DNA of 64,000 nucleotides, from the NCBI GenBank assembly GCA_963803435.1, contig CAWDML010000007.1:160001-224000 (forward strand), written 5' to 3'. Positions 56,049 to 64,000 of this stretch are shown here, piece after piece. This DNA comes from an uncultured delta proteobacterium (GTDB lineage Bacteria > Myxococcota > Kuafuiibacteriia > Kuafuiibacteriales > Kuafuiibacteriaceae). The notes beneath the pieces are model-generated. The model made no database searches. It had not been told where the DNA came from and saw nothing but the letters and a program-made list of their open reading frames with translations. Within the stretch, counting starts at the first letter, position 1. Each line of letters starts with the position of its first letter. Both the position numbers and the translations under genes were made by a program.

Positions 56049-56900
56049 ATGAAGTCGAGATCGTTTTTCGTGATCGCTCTGGCGGCGCTGCCGTCGATCG
56101 CTCGCGCAGGTGACGCCGATTGCAAGGACGCGTTCGAGAAGGGCTACGCGGCCGGCAAGGACATCGAGGAGCTCCGCACCGAGGTGAAGGAGCTGAAGGG
56201 CACGCTGTCGAAGCTGATCGACATCCTGGGCGAGCACCCCGAGATCGCCGCGCTCCAGGAGGCCAAGGACGACGCGACGCGAGAGCGCCCGCCTCCGCGC
56301 GGCCGGAAGAAGGAGGAGGCGCCCACGTTCGGCGACATCGAGGGCAAGGTGACGTTCCTCGAAGGAACCAACGTCGCCTACGTCTATGTGGACAACGTGG
56401 GCGGGCGGCTCGCCCGGGGCCGCAAGGCCAACATCGCCCAGCGGAACAAGCAGTTCGCGCCTCGCTACCTGGTGGTGCAGAAGGGGACGGAGGTCGTCTT
56501 TCCCAACGAGGACGCCATCTATCACAACGTCTTCGCGCAGAACGCGGCCGCCACCTTCGACCTCGGGATCTATCGCAAGGGGGACGAGGCCAAGTCGTAC
56601 ATCTTCACCAAGCCCGGACTGATCGACATCTACTGCAACATGCACGCGAAGATGAACGCCGAGATCCTGGTGGTGCCGAACCATCTGTACACGCAGGTGC
56701 GACCCAACGGGACGTTCAAGCTGGTGCGGGTGCCGGAGGGGCGCCGGAAGATCGTCGCGTGGGGTCCGGGCGCTGCGCAGGTGAGCGGCTGGGTGGACGT
56801 GGCGGGCGGCAAGTCGGCGTCGATCAAGCTCGACCTGACGCCGCGGGACCAGGGATCGCACACGAACAAGAACGGTCAGCCCTACGGATCCTATCAGTGA
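56049..56900 (+). CDS. Exported cupredoxin-domain protein
   Basis: FPNEDAIYHNVF..YCNMHAKM type-1 copper ligand pattern; signal peptide. Confidence 0.8.
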   Translation: MKSRSFFVIALAALPSIARAGDADCKDAFEKGYAAGKDIEELRTEVKELKGTLSKLIDILGEHPEIAALQEAKDDATRERPPPRGRKKEEAPTFGDIEGKVTFLEGTNVAYVYVDNVGGRLARGRKANIAQRNKQFAPRYLVVQKGTEVVFPNEDAIYHNVFAQNAAATFDLGIYRKGDEAKSYIFTKPGLIDIYCNMHAKMNAEILVVPNHLYTQVRPNGTFKLVRVPEGRRKIVAWGPGAAQVSGWVDVAGGKSASIKLDLTPRDQGSHTNKNGQPYGSYQ

Positions 56901-57454
56901 GGTGGATGCTCGCATGGATCGCGGTCGCGGCGAGCTCGGGGTGTGCGTCGCAACAGCCGGCGCCCGACGGGGATCGAACGGCGGCCGTCATTCACCTCGG
57001 TGCGCGCTGGTTCCAGCATCGAGGGGCGTATCTCGGGATGACTCCGAACGAGGCCGAGGTGCGCGACGGCGAGCTCGACGACAGTGCGCCGCCCCAGGAC
57101 CACTTCTGGGACGAGCAGCTGGCGGTCGAGTCGGCCAGCCTGTGGCGAAAGCTCTGCAACGAGTGTCACGGGGGCCGCCGTAGCATCCAGAGGTCGAAGG
57201 AGCTGCCGGGCCCGCCGGAGGGCTGGGGCGACGGTGCCGGCCAGTTCTTCGGGCGGGAACGCGCGCGGCAGGAGATCTTTCGCGTAATCTTCCACGGCGG
57301 TGAGCCGCCCAAGGATCCGGCGCAGCAGAAGATGCCGCCCTGGGGCGACCGGCTGGCGCGCGAGCAGATCTGGGCGCTGGTGTGGTTCATCGAGCAGGCG
57401 TCGTCGGACGTGGTCCTGACGCTGCCGCTCGACCAGCAGAAGAAGCCCGAGTAG
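56897..57454 (+). CDS. Monoheme c-type cytochrome lipoprotein
   Basis: SSGC lipobox-like motif, CNECHG, KMPPWG..QIWALV; GTGA overlap start. Confidence 0.85.
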   Translation: MRWMLAWIAVAASSGCASQQPAPDGDRTAAVIHLGARWFQHRGAYLGMTPNEAEVRDGELDDSAPPQDHFWDEQLAVESASLWRKLCNECHGGRRSIQRSKELPGPPEGWGDGAGQFFGRERARQEIFRVIFHGGEPPKDPAQQKMPPWGDRLAREQIWALVWFIEQASSDVVLTLPLDQQKKPE

Positions 57455-57460
57455 CCGCGG

Positions 57461-58940
57461 TCAGCGCTTGTTGAGGTCGCGGTCGAACGCCTGGATGCTG
57501 CGGGCGATGTCCTCGAGGCCCTCCGGCGTCTGGCTGACGCGGATCTGCTTGTAGAGCTCCAGATAACGGGCCTCGATCCGCGCCCGCTCCGCTTCTGGCG
57601 CGGTCTCAGCGAGACCGGCGACGCGGTGATCCATGCGATCGAGCTTCGCCACCAGCAGCTCGGGCGGGATGGGGGCCGTCTTGGCCAGCTCGAATCTGCG
57701 CCTTGAGGTCGCCGTTGGTGGCGGCGGCGCCGGGCAGGCGAGCGAAGTCCGCCTCACTGAGGCCGCGGGCCTCGAGGACGGTGCGGAGCTCCTTGGTCGG
57801 ATCGATCACCGCAGGCGGCGGCGGGGCCACGGGAACCGCCACCGGCGTCGAGTCGAGCTGGGCGTAAGCGATGGCGACGATGGTCCCGGCAGCGACGGCG
57901 CAGAGCACACCAATCAGCCCGCGGCGCGACGCGGGCGGTGCCATCGGCGAGGACTGCTGCTCGACCGACATGGTGCTCAGCAAGGAGGCAGGTTGCGCTT
58001 CGGGCGTGTGGGATCCCGAGAGCAACGTCTGGATCCGCTCCGACTCGGCGACCACCACCACGGCGCTCTCGGGGCGCTCCTCGGGTGACTTGGAGAGGAG
58101 CCAGAGCGCGAGACCCTCGAGGCCGCCGCACGGAGGAAGCGGAGGCGGAATCTCGCGCGCGTGCTTCGCCACGATGTCGGCGACATGCGTCCCTGAGAAC
58201 GGCTTCTTGCCGGCGAGCATCTCGTAGAGGACGACGCCGAGCGCGTAGAGATCGGCCGAGGGGGTCACGTCCGAGTTGCGCGCCTGCTCCGGCGCCATGT
58301 ACGCAGGCGTACCGACGACCAGCCCGTGCTCGGTCAGCTTTGTCGAGTCTTCGGTCTCCTGATCGATGCGGACGATGCCGAAGTCGAGGAGCTTGCCGAT
58401 CTCCTGTCCGTTCTCCTGGGCGATGACGATGTTGGCCGGCTTGACGTCGCGATGGACGAAACCGAGACGATGCGCGGCCGAGAGCGCACGAGCGATGTGC
58501 GCCGTGATGCGGGCGGCGCGCAGCGGGTTGAGCGGTGCCTCGTCGTGGATCAGATCGCGGAGACTCTTCCCCTCCGCGTACTCCATCACCAGATAGGTCA
58601 GACCTTCGTCCGTGGTGCCGAAGTCGACGACCGAGACCACGTGCGGGCTTCTGATCTTGCTGGCCGTCTGAGCCTCGCGGCGGAAGCGGCCCACGATCGT
58701 CTCGTCGGAGCCGAGATCTCCGAAGAGGACCTTGATGGCGAAGTCGGTCTCGAGCTCGCTGTGGCGTGCCCGATACACGCAGCCCGACGCCCCTTGTCCG
58801 ATCTTTTCGACGACGTGGTATCGGCCGAGTTGTTGGCCGAGGAGCGGGTCGTCCACCTGATCGACCAGCCGCTCGCCGTCGATGCCGCAGTATTGCGTGC
58901 GCTTCGAGTAGATCGAGCGGCAGCGCGGACAGACGCGCAC
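57461..58940 (-). CDS. Membrane Ser/Thr protein kinase with N-terminal Cys motif; one frameshift near 57690
   Basis: CPRC..YCGIDG, IGQGASGCV, AIK, HRDVKPAN, DFG, YMAPEQ. The C-terminus continues in ORF 57461-57757. Confidence 0.88.
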
Positions 58941-59051
58941 GAATGCACGATACCCATTCAGCCGGTAGACGACCAGCGGGTTCGTCCCACATTGGTCGAC
59001 ATCGGATCGGTTGGGCGTCACGCCGCGCCCGCGGCCGGCACTCACTCTCTG

Positions 59052-59195
59052 ATGAAGGACCAGGACTCGGGCTCCACCCAGGAGAACACCGGCCTGGACG
59101 AGGATCCGGCGGTGCGAGACGCGTCCGCCCCGGGTTCGCCGCCCAAGGAGCAGGACCCCGCCGAGCCGCGCTTCGTCGATTGGCCCAAGGACTAG
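59052..59195 (+). CDS. Small acidic hypothetical protein, 47 aa
   Basis: MKDQDSGSTQEN..RFVDWPKD; its TAG lies within the element's CTAG flank. Confidence 0.4.
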   Translation: MKDQDSGSTQENTGLDEDPAVRDASAPGSPPKEQDPAEPRFVDWPKD

Positions 59196-59265
59196 GAGCG
59201 TGTAGCGCGTAGCGCTACCGCGAGCCCGGTCCGGGTCCCGGTCCCGGTCCCGGTCCCGATGGCGA

Positions 59266-59634
59266 TCATGCAGCCCGGCGTGCGTTCATCGACTTGATGA
59301 GGCGCGTGAGCATCTCGACAACGCGCTTGAGCTTGGCTCTGGCGGCTTGGACCTTCTGCTCGTTGGTGAGTCGGCGCCTCAAGCAGGTGTGGAGTGAGGC
59401 GGCGCTTTCGGTGCCAGAGCGAAGTGCCATCCGGTAGAAGCGAGCCTTCTCAGGTGGATTGAACTCTCCGGCGCCCTCGGCGGTGTTGTTCACGATGGAA
59501 TCGGATGCCCGCCGAAGCTGATCGCGGACGTGAGCGTAACCGGGTTGCAGTTCTTGTGCGATCTCTTCAGCGATGTCGGCATACTCGACGGCGAGCTGGT
59601 AGACCTCGAGCTTCTCGTGATCGAAAGTGACCAT
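59266..59634 (-). CDS. Four-helix-bundle protein (23S rRNA IVP / Avd-like family), copy 2
   Basis: MVTFDHEKLEVYQ..DQLRRASDSIVNNTAEG..KARFYRMALRS. Confidence 0.88.
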   Translation of the reverse strand: MVTFDHEKLEVYQLAVEYADIAEEIAQELQPGYAHVRDQLRRASDSIVNNTAEGAGEFNPPEKARFYRMALRSGTESAASLHTCLRRRLTNEQKVQAARAKLKRVVEMLTRLIKSMNARRAA

Positions 59635-59669
59635 GCAAGCTAGCTTGCGGTAGCTCGTCCACTTTGACC

Positions 59670-60356
59670 AGCAGAAGTTAGCTCGAACCATCCCCAGGCC
59701 CAACTGAACGAAATGATGGATGGCCGCATCATCGCGTTCCTGCAAATGTGGACGGCACACCGAGGCCCAACGCTCAGAGGAACTTCACCGACTCAGACAG
59801 CAGGATCATGTTGAAGGAGGGAGCGTACCTCCAGGCCTACAATGCCCAAGTTGTCGTAGATGAGCACGCTCAGGTGATTGTCGCCGAAGGGGTCAGCAAC
59901 CAGGCACCTGATCAGCAACACCTCGTCCCGATGCTCCGTGATGTGTTCGGCAACTGCGGCGATGCTCCGCGGAAGATGACGGCAGACAACGGCTGTCTGA
60001 GCGCGACCAACATCGAATTCTGCGACAACAATCAGATCGATGCCCACATCGCTGTTGGACGCGAACAGAACCAAGACGCGTCGACTCCGTCCTCATCAGC
60101 TTCGGAGCCCACACCTGCCTCGCTCGCTCGCAAGCGAATGCGAGACAAGTTGCAAACGCGCGACGGCAAGCCGGTCTACGCCCGCAGGAAGAGTATCGTC
60201 GAACCGGCGCTCGGACAGATCAAAGCGGCACGAGGATTCCGCCGGTTCTCGCTACGCTCCTTCTTCAAGGTACGAGCCGAGTGGACGCTCGTCTGCCTCA
60301 CCCACAACCTGCTCAAGCTCTACCGATCGAAGCTCGCGACCGTCGCGAGCGTCTGA
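59670..60356 (+). pseudogene. IS1182-family transposase C-terminal fragment
   Basis: AQRNFTDSDSRIM..QAYNAQ..YARRKSIVEP..EWTLVCLTHNLLKL; N-terminal half absent. Confidence 0.88.
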
Positions 60357-60442
60357 CTCAAGGCAGCCATCTTCAGATCGGGACCCGGACCGGGACCGGG
60401 ACCCGGACCGGGGTCGCGTGAGCGCTTACGCGCTACACGCTC

Positions 60443-61456
60443 CTAGCGAACGCCCAGGATGAACGCCGGCGTGGCGGACATGATCAGCGCGATCGAGTAG
60501 GCGTCCCGGACGCTGCCGGAGAACGCGCACGACTCCGGGCTGGCCGGTTCCACCGGCGCGATGGGGAGCTGCTGCGGGCACCGCTCCACGCAGCCCTCGA
60601 AGCAAGCGCTCAGGTGGCCGGTGCGCGGATCGAACTCGAACGTCTCCAGCCCATCACCGTCCTCGTCCAGATCCGGCTCGATGCCGTGACTCACCAGGAA
60701 ATCGAGGAGCGAGGCCTCCTGGATCCGGCAGGACGAGTCGAGAGTGCCGCGGCAGAACGGGTTCGCGGCCGAGGCCAGCTCGGACGCCGGAACTGCACCC
60801 CCGAGCAGGATCACGAGGGTCCGGTCGAAGTCGGTGGCCCGCTCCATCTGGAACCTCGGGTGCGCCAGCGTGAGCAGGCGCGGGCCGGTGGAGAGCGGCA
60901 GCGTGAACGCCAGCATTCCGAGACCCGCATCCTTGACGACGCCTCCAGTGATCTTCCCGGGCGCTCGAAGACGTGCCTGCGCCGGATCGCCGATCGTCGA
61001 TCGCCGCTCGACGAAGAACCTGCAACACGACGGATCGCCGACCCGATAGTCGTCGTCGGGGAACGGCGGGTCGAGCCAGTCGCGTCCCTCGTACATCTTC
61101 ACCGTAACCTGGGCGTCGTCTTCGAGAAACGCGCCCTCGGCGCCGGCGAGCTCCAGCAAGGTCAATCCGTGGCCGCGCTCGTGCTGCAGCTGGATGTGCG
61201 CGTTGAGCAGACCGGCGAGCGCGCTCAGTCGATTGTCGACGCATGCGTGGCCGAGACAGCTCCCGTCGAGGTCGAAGCCGAGCAATCCGTCCGCGATCTG
61301 GATGGTCGAGACGGCGTAGACATACCCACGGCCGATCGGATCGTCCCAGCCGTCCCGATGATCGACCTGGGCGTCGTCGTCCGAAGTGCAGTCCCCACCC
61401 GAGCAGAGCGGCGTGCACGCCGAAACGAGCACGCCCGCGAGGATGGCCCTCAGCAC
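60443..61456 (-). CDS. Hypothetical Cys-rich lipoprotein
   Basis: VLVSAC lipobox, GFDLDG..VDN, DLDEDGDG calcium-loop-like motif. GTG start inferred. Confidence 0.6.
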   Translation of the reverse strand: MLRAILAGVLVSACTPLCSGGDCTSDDDAQVDHRDGWDDPIGRGYVYAVSTIQIADGLLGFDLDGSCLGHACVDNRLSALAGLLNAHIQLQHERGHGLTLLELAGAEGAFLEDDAQVTVKMYEGRDWLDPPFPDDDYRVGDPSCCRFFVERRSTIGDPAQARLRAPGKITGGVVKDAGLGMLAFTLPLSTGPRLLTLAHPRFQMERATDFDRTLVILLGGAVPASELASAANPFCRGTLDSSCRIQEASLLDFLVSHGIEPDLDEDGDGLETFEFDPRTGHLSACFEGCVERCPQQLPIAPVEPASPESCAFSGSVRDAYSIALIMSATPAFILGVR

Positions 61457-61511
61457 CCTCTCGAGTGTAGCAGCTTGCCTGCGGAAGCGATCCGCGGTTG
61501 AACCTCCTCCC

Positions 61512-62525
61512 ATGTCCGAGGCGATGGAAGCACAGGGCGCAGAAGGCACGATCGTCGAAGCTGCCGTGATCTCGGTGGCCAACGAGCAGGTGGTGGTCCA
61601 CCTCGGCGACGCGGGAGAGGGCGTGATCCCCCTCGAGGACTTCAAGCAGCGCCGGAGCGATCAGCCCCTGATCGAGGTGGGCGACAGCTTTCCGGTCTAC
61701 ATCGACTACAAGCCCGACGACGCGGATCGATTCGTGGCCTCGCGCGACAAGGCGATGCGGCTCTCCGCGCTGGACCGGGTCAAGAGCGCGTTCGATGCCA
61801 ACGAGACGATCGAGGGTGAGGTGGTCGCGACGGTCGACGGGGGCTTCAACGTGGACATCGGCCTCAAAGCGTTTCTCCCGGCCTCCCAGTTCGGGCTGCG
61901 GCCACTGCGCTCTCCGACGCAGATCCTCGGCCAGCGCTTTCAATTCAAGATCATCCGGTTCAACGAGAGCCGTCACAACATCGTGGTCTCCCGGCGCGTG
62001 CTGCTGGAGGCCGAGCGCGAGGCGATCCTGGACCGCATCCAGGTCGGTGCGATCATCGAGGGTCGAGTGAAGAGCCTGGTCGACTACGGGGCTTTCGTCG
62101 ACGTGGGAGGCATCGACGGCCTCTTGCACAACAGCGACATCTCGTGGGGCCGCGTCAAGCATCCTTCCGAGGTGGTCGCGGTCGGCGACCCCGTCACGGT
62201 CAAGGTGCTCAAGTTCGACAAGAAGAAGCGCAAGCTCTCGCTGGGGCTCCGTCAGATCCAGGAGGATCCGTGGCTGACGGCCGGCGATCGTTATCAGCTC
62301 GGCTCCGAGGTTCGCGGGATCGTGATCAGCAAGACCGACTACGGCGTGTTCATCGAGATCGAGCCGGGCGTCGAGGGGCTGGTGCACTCGACCGGACCGC
62401 TGGTCCCCGAGGCCGCCAAGGAGGCGCTGCGCCGGGTCAACCTGGGCGAGCGCATTCAGGCCAAGGTGGTCGACACCGACCTCCCGAAGAAGCGGATCTC
62501 GCTCTCGCTGATCCTCGAGGGCTGA
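61512..62525 (+). CDS. Ribosomal protein S1-like protein with four S1 domains
   Basis: AFLPASQ, NIVVSRR, DYGAFVDVGGIDGLLH, DYGVFIEIEPGVEGLVH, KRISLSL. Confidence 0.85.
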   Translation: MSEAMEAQGAEGTIVEAAVISVANEQVVVHLGDAGEGVIPLEDFKQRRSDQPLIEVGDSFPVYIDYKPDDADRFVASRDKAMRLSALDRVKSAFDANETIEGEVVATVDGGFNVDIGLKAFLPASQFGLRPLRSPTQILGQRFQFKIIRFNESRHNIVVSRRVLLEAEREAILDRIQVGAIIEGRVKSLVDYGAFVDVGGIDGLLHNSDISWGRVKHPSEVVAVGDPVTVKVLKFDKKKRKLSLGLRQIQEDPWLTAGDRYQLGSEVRGIVISKTDYGVFIEIEPGVEGLVHSTGPLVPEAAKEALRRVNLGERIQAKVVDTDLPKKRISLSLILEG

Positions 62526-62526
62526 G

Positions 62527-63042
62527 GTGGCCGAGCTCCCCGAGGGACTCGGCGCGTTCGACGCGGATGACCTGAGGTTCGTCGTCGACGACGGCTACTC
62601 GCTGGTGGCGCTCGACGACGCGATCGACGTGGACCAACAGGCCCTGGCCGAGCATGTTTCGGCGTCGGGCCGTGTTCCAGCGCGCGCGCCGATCGCTTCG
62701 TGGATCCTGGCACGGCTGGCGCACCTCGCCGGCGGCTCGCTGGCGATCGAGGAGGAGATCGTCGAGGTCTGTGAGGGCGGCCTCTACGTGATCGACTTCG
62801 TGATCCGCCAGCGGGGCGCTGCGATCGGCAAGGTGCAGCTCCAGGCGGGCCAGGGCGGCGCGGCGCTCCTGGGGATGGTGTCGCGGAGGGTCTCGCCCGA
62901 AGAGGTGGTGGCGCGCTTCATCTCTGCCCTGCTGGAGGCGCCCGACGAAGTGGCGGCCTGCCACGTCCGGGTGCGCGATCCCGCGTGGCCCGAGGATCGC
63001 GTCGCGGAGTACGGCTTCGACGGCGAGACGTTCCGAGGTTGA
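62527..63042 (+). CDS. Hypothetical protein
   Basis: Starts 1 bp after the S1-like stop codon; protein-like acidic composition. Confidence 0.6.
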   Translation: MAELPEGLGAFDADDLRFVVDDGYSLVALDDAIDVDQQALAEHVSASGRVPARAPIASWILARLAHLAGGSLAIEEEIVEVCEGGLYVIDFVIRQRGAAIGKVQLQAGQGGAALLGMVSRRVSPEEVVARFISALLEAPDEVAACHVRVRDPAWPEDRVAEYGFDGETFRG

Positions 63043-63046
63043 TCCG

Positions 63047-64000
63047 TCAGGGCACCGCCCGCACGCGCAGGTTCGTGCTCTCGCCCCGCGTCTCCGGATC
63101 GTAGTAGGCGTAGACCTGGGCGGCGCGCTGCGTGACGTCGCACTCGGCGCCTGCGATGAGCGCGTAGCGAAGCTCAATCGTCTCGTGCTTCGTCAGCTTG
63201 CTCAGATAGAGCTGGACGGCTGCACCCGTGGCCTCGAAGTGATCGATCCGGCCCGCGCTCACGAGCGCCGCCAGCGAGCGCTTGTCGGGCGCGAACCCGG
63301 GCGGGATCGGGACGATCGCCGTCGGCATCGGAACGTCCTGGTCCGTCGTGTTCTCCACTGTCAGGCGCACAGGAGCGGTCGCGCCGAACCGAACCGGGTC
63401 CGCGGGCACCGAGAGCTCGACCGACAAGCCCTGATGCACCGGCGTCGAGGCGTCGAGCGAGCGCCAGGACAGCCGGAGATCCGCGAGCACCGGGGCGCTT
63501 GCGATCGAGATCGCGTGCGCGCCCGCCGCCACCACCGGCAGATCGAGCGTCGGCACACCGACCGAGGACAGATCCACCGCGCCGATCGCGCGACCGTCCA
63601 TGGTCACCGCCGCCGCGCCTTCGTCCGAGGACTGGGCGGGTGACTCCACCGCCGCCCGCAGCGCCAGCACGGTCCCCTGCGGTGAGCCCCAGCCGTACCT
63701 CGGGGTTCGCGCGCTCCAGATCCACTTCAGCGCCTCGCCCGCGTCCTGGAAGGCGAGAGTCTCGCGGAGGAGCGGCACGGCCAACGCCGTCACCTGGACG
63801 TCGGCGGCCTGGCCCTTCACGTAGAACAGCGTCTCGTCGCCCGCACCGAACGCCAGACCGCCCTCCTCTTTCCGCTGGTGGGACCGCAGCTTCGCGAGGA
63901 GCGACGGGGATCGCGCGGCGGCCGCCCACAGCGCCAGCAGATAGGGACGCTTGGCAATCTCGGTCTCGTGCGCCGCCAAGAAGGCGAGAGCCCGATCGAT
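63047..64000 (-). CDS. Alpha-2-macroglobulin family protein, C-terminal part (5' end beyond window)
   Basis: GWGSPQGTVLALRA, VPIPPGF, VQLYL, AQVYAYYDPE. Confidence 0.8.
   Translation of the reverse strand: MDRALAFLAAHETEIAKRPYLLALWAAAARSPSLLAKLRSHQRKEEGGLAFGAGDETLFYVKGQAADVQVTALAVPLLRETLAFQDAGEALKWIWSARTPRYGWGSPQGTVLALRAAVESPAQSSDEGAAAVTMDGRAIGAVDLSSVGVPTLDLPVVAAGAHAISIASAPVLADLRLSWRSLDASTPVHQGLSVELSVPADPVRFGATAPVRLTVENTTDQDVPMPTAIVPIPPGFAPDKRSLAALVSAGRIDHFEATGAAVQLYLSKLTKHETIELRYALIAGAECDVTQRAAQVYAYYDPETRGESTNLRVRAVP

Larger units (their letters stand above)
59192..60446. mobile_element. Non-autonomous IS1182-derived element, copy 2 (inverted relative to copy 1)
   Basis: CTAG at 59192-59195 and 60443-60446; TIRs at 59196-59260 and 60377-60442. 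Confidence 0.9.

Noticed and set aside
1-64000. tRNA or rRNA genes
   Set aside because: No cloverleaf or rRNA-like sequence recognised; the intergenic gaps are short.

Overview
High-GC (about 70%, by eye) chromosomal window whose gene content suggests Myxococcota or another deltaproteobacterium: MshEN proteins, several Ser/Thr kinases, a sigma-54 system, TPR and lipoprotein-rich envelope genes, an RRM protein and alpha-2-macroglobulin. About 60 genes can be supported; most other ORFs in the track are GC-driven shadow frames. Highlights: (1) two inverted copies (11102-12544, 59192-60446) of a non-autonomous IS1182-derived element with ~66-bp terminal inverted repeats, hexamer/G-quadruplex repeats, CTAG flanks and a four-helix-bundle cargo gene, both inserted at stop codons between convergent genes; (2) a 4.9-kb islet bounded by a 31-bp direct repeat, carrying a STAND-type regulator, a sterol desaturase and nested IS701 and group II intron remnants; (3) an aryl-polyene/xanthomonadin-type cluster split into two convergent halves, with a flavin halogenase and a four-times frameshifted ketosynthase; (4) a putative c-di-GMP receptor locus (two ATPase-less MshEN proteins, an ECF sigma factor and a degenerate GGDEF protein); (5) a porin / di-heme / cupredoxin / cytochrome c operon bracketed by two kinases that share an unnamed C-terminal domain. 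All family calls come from motif recognition by eye; no searches were run.
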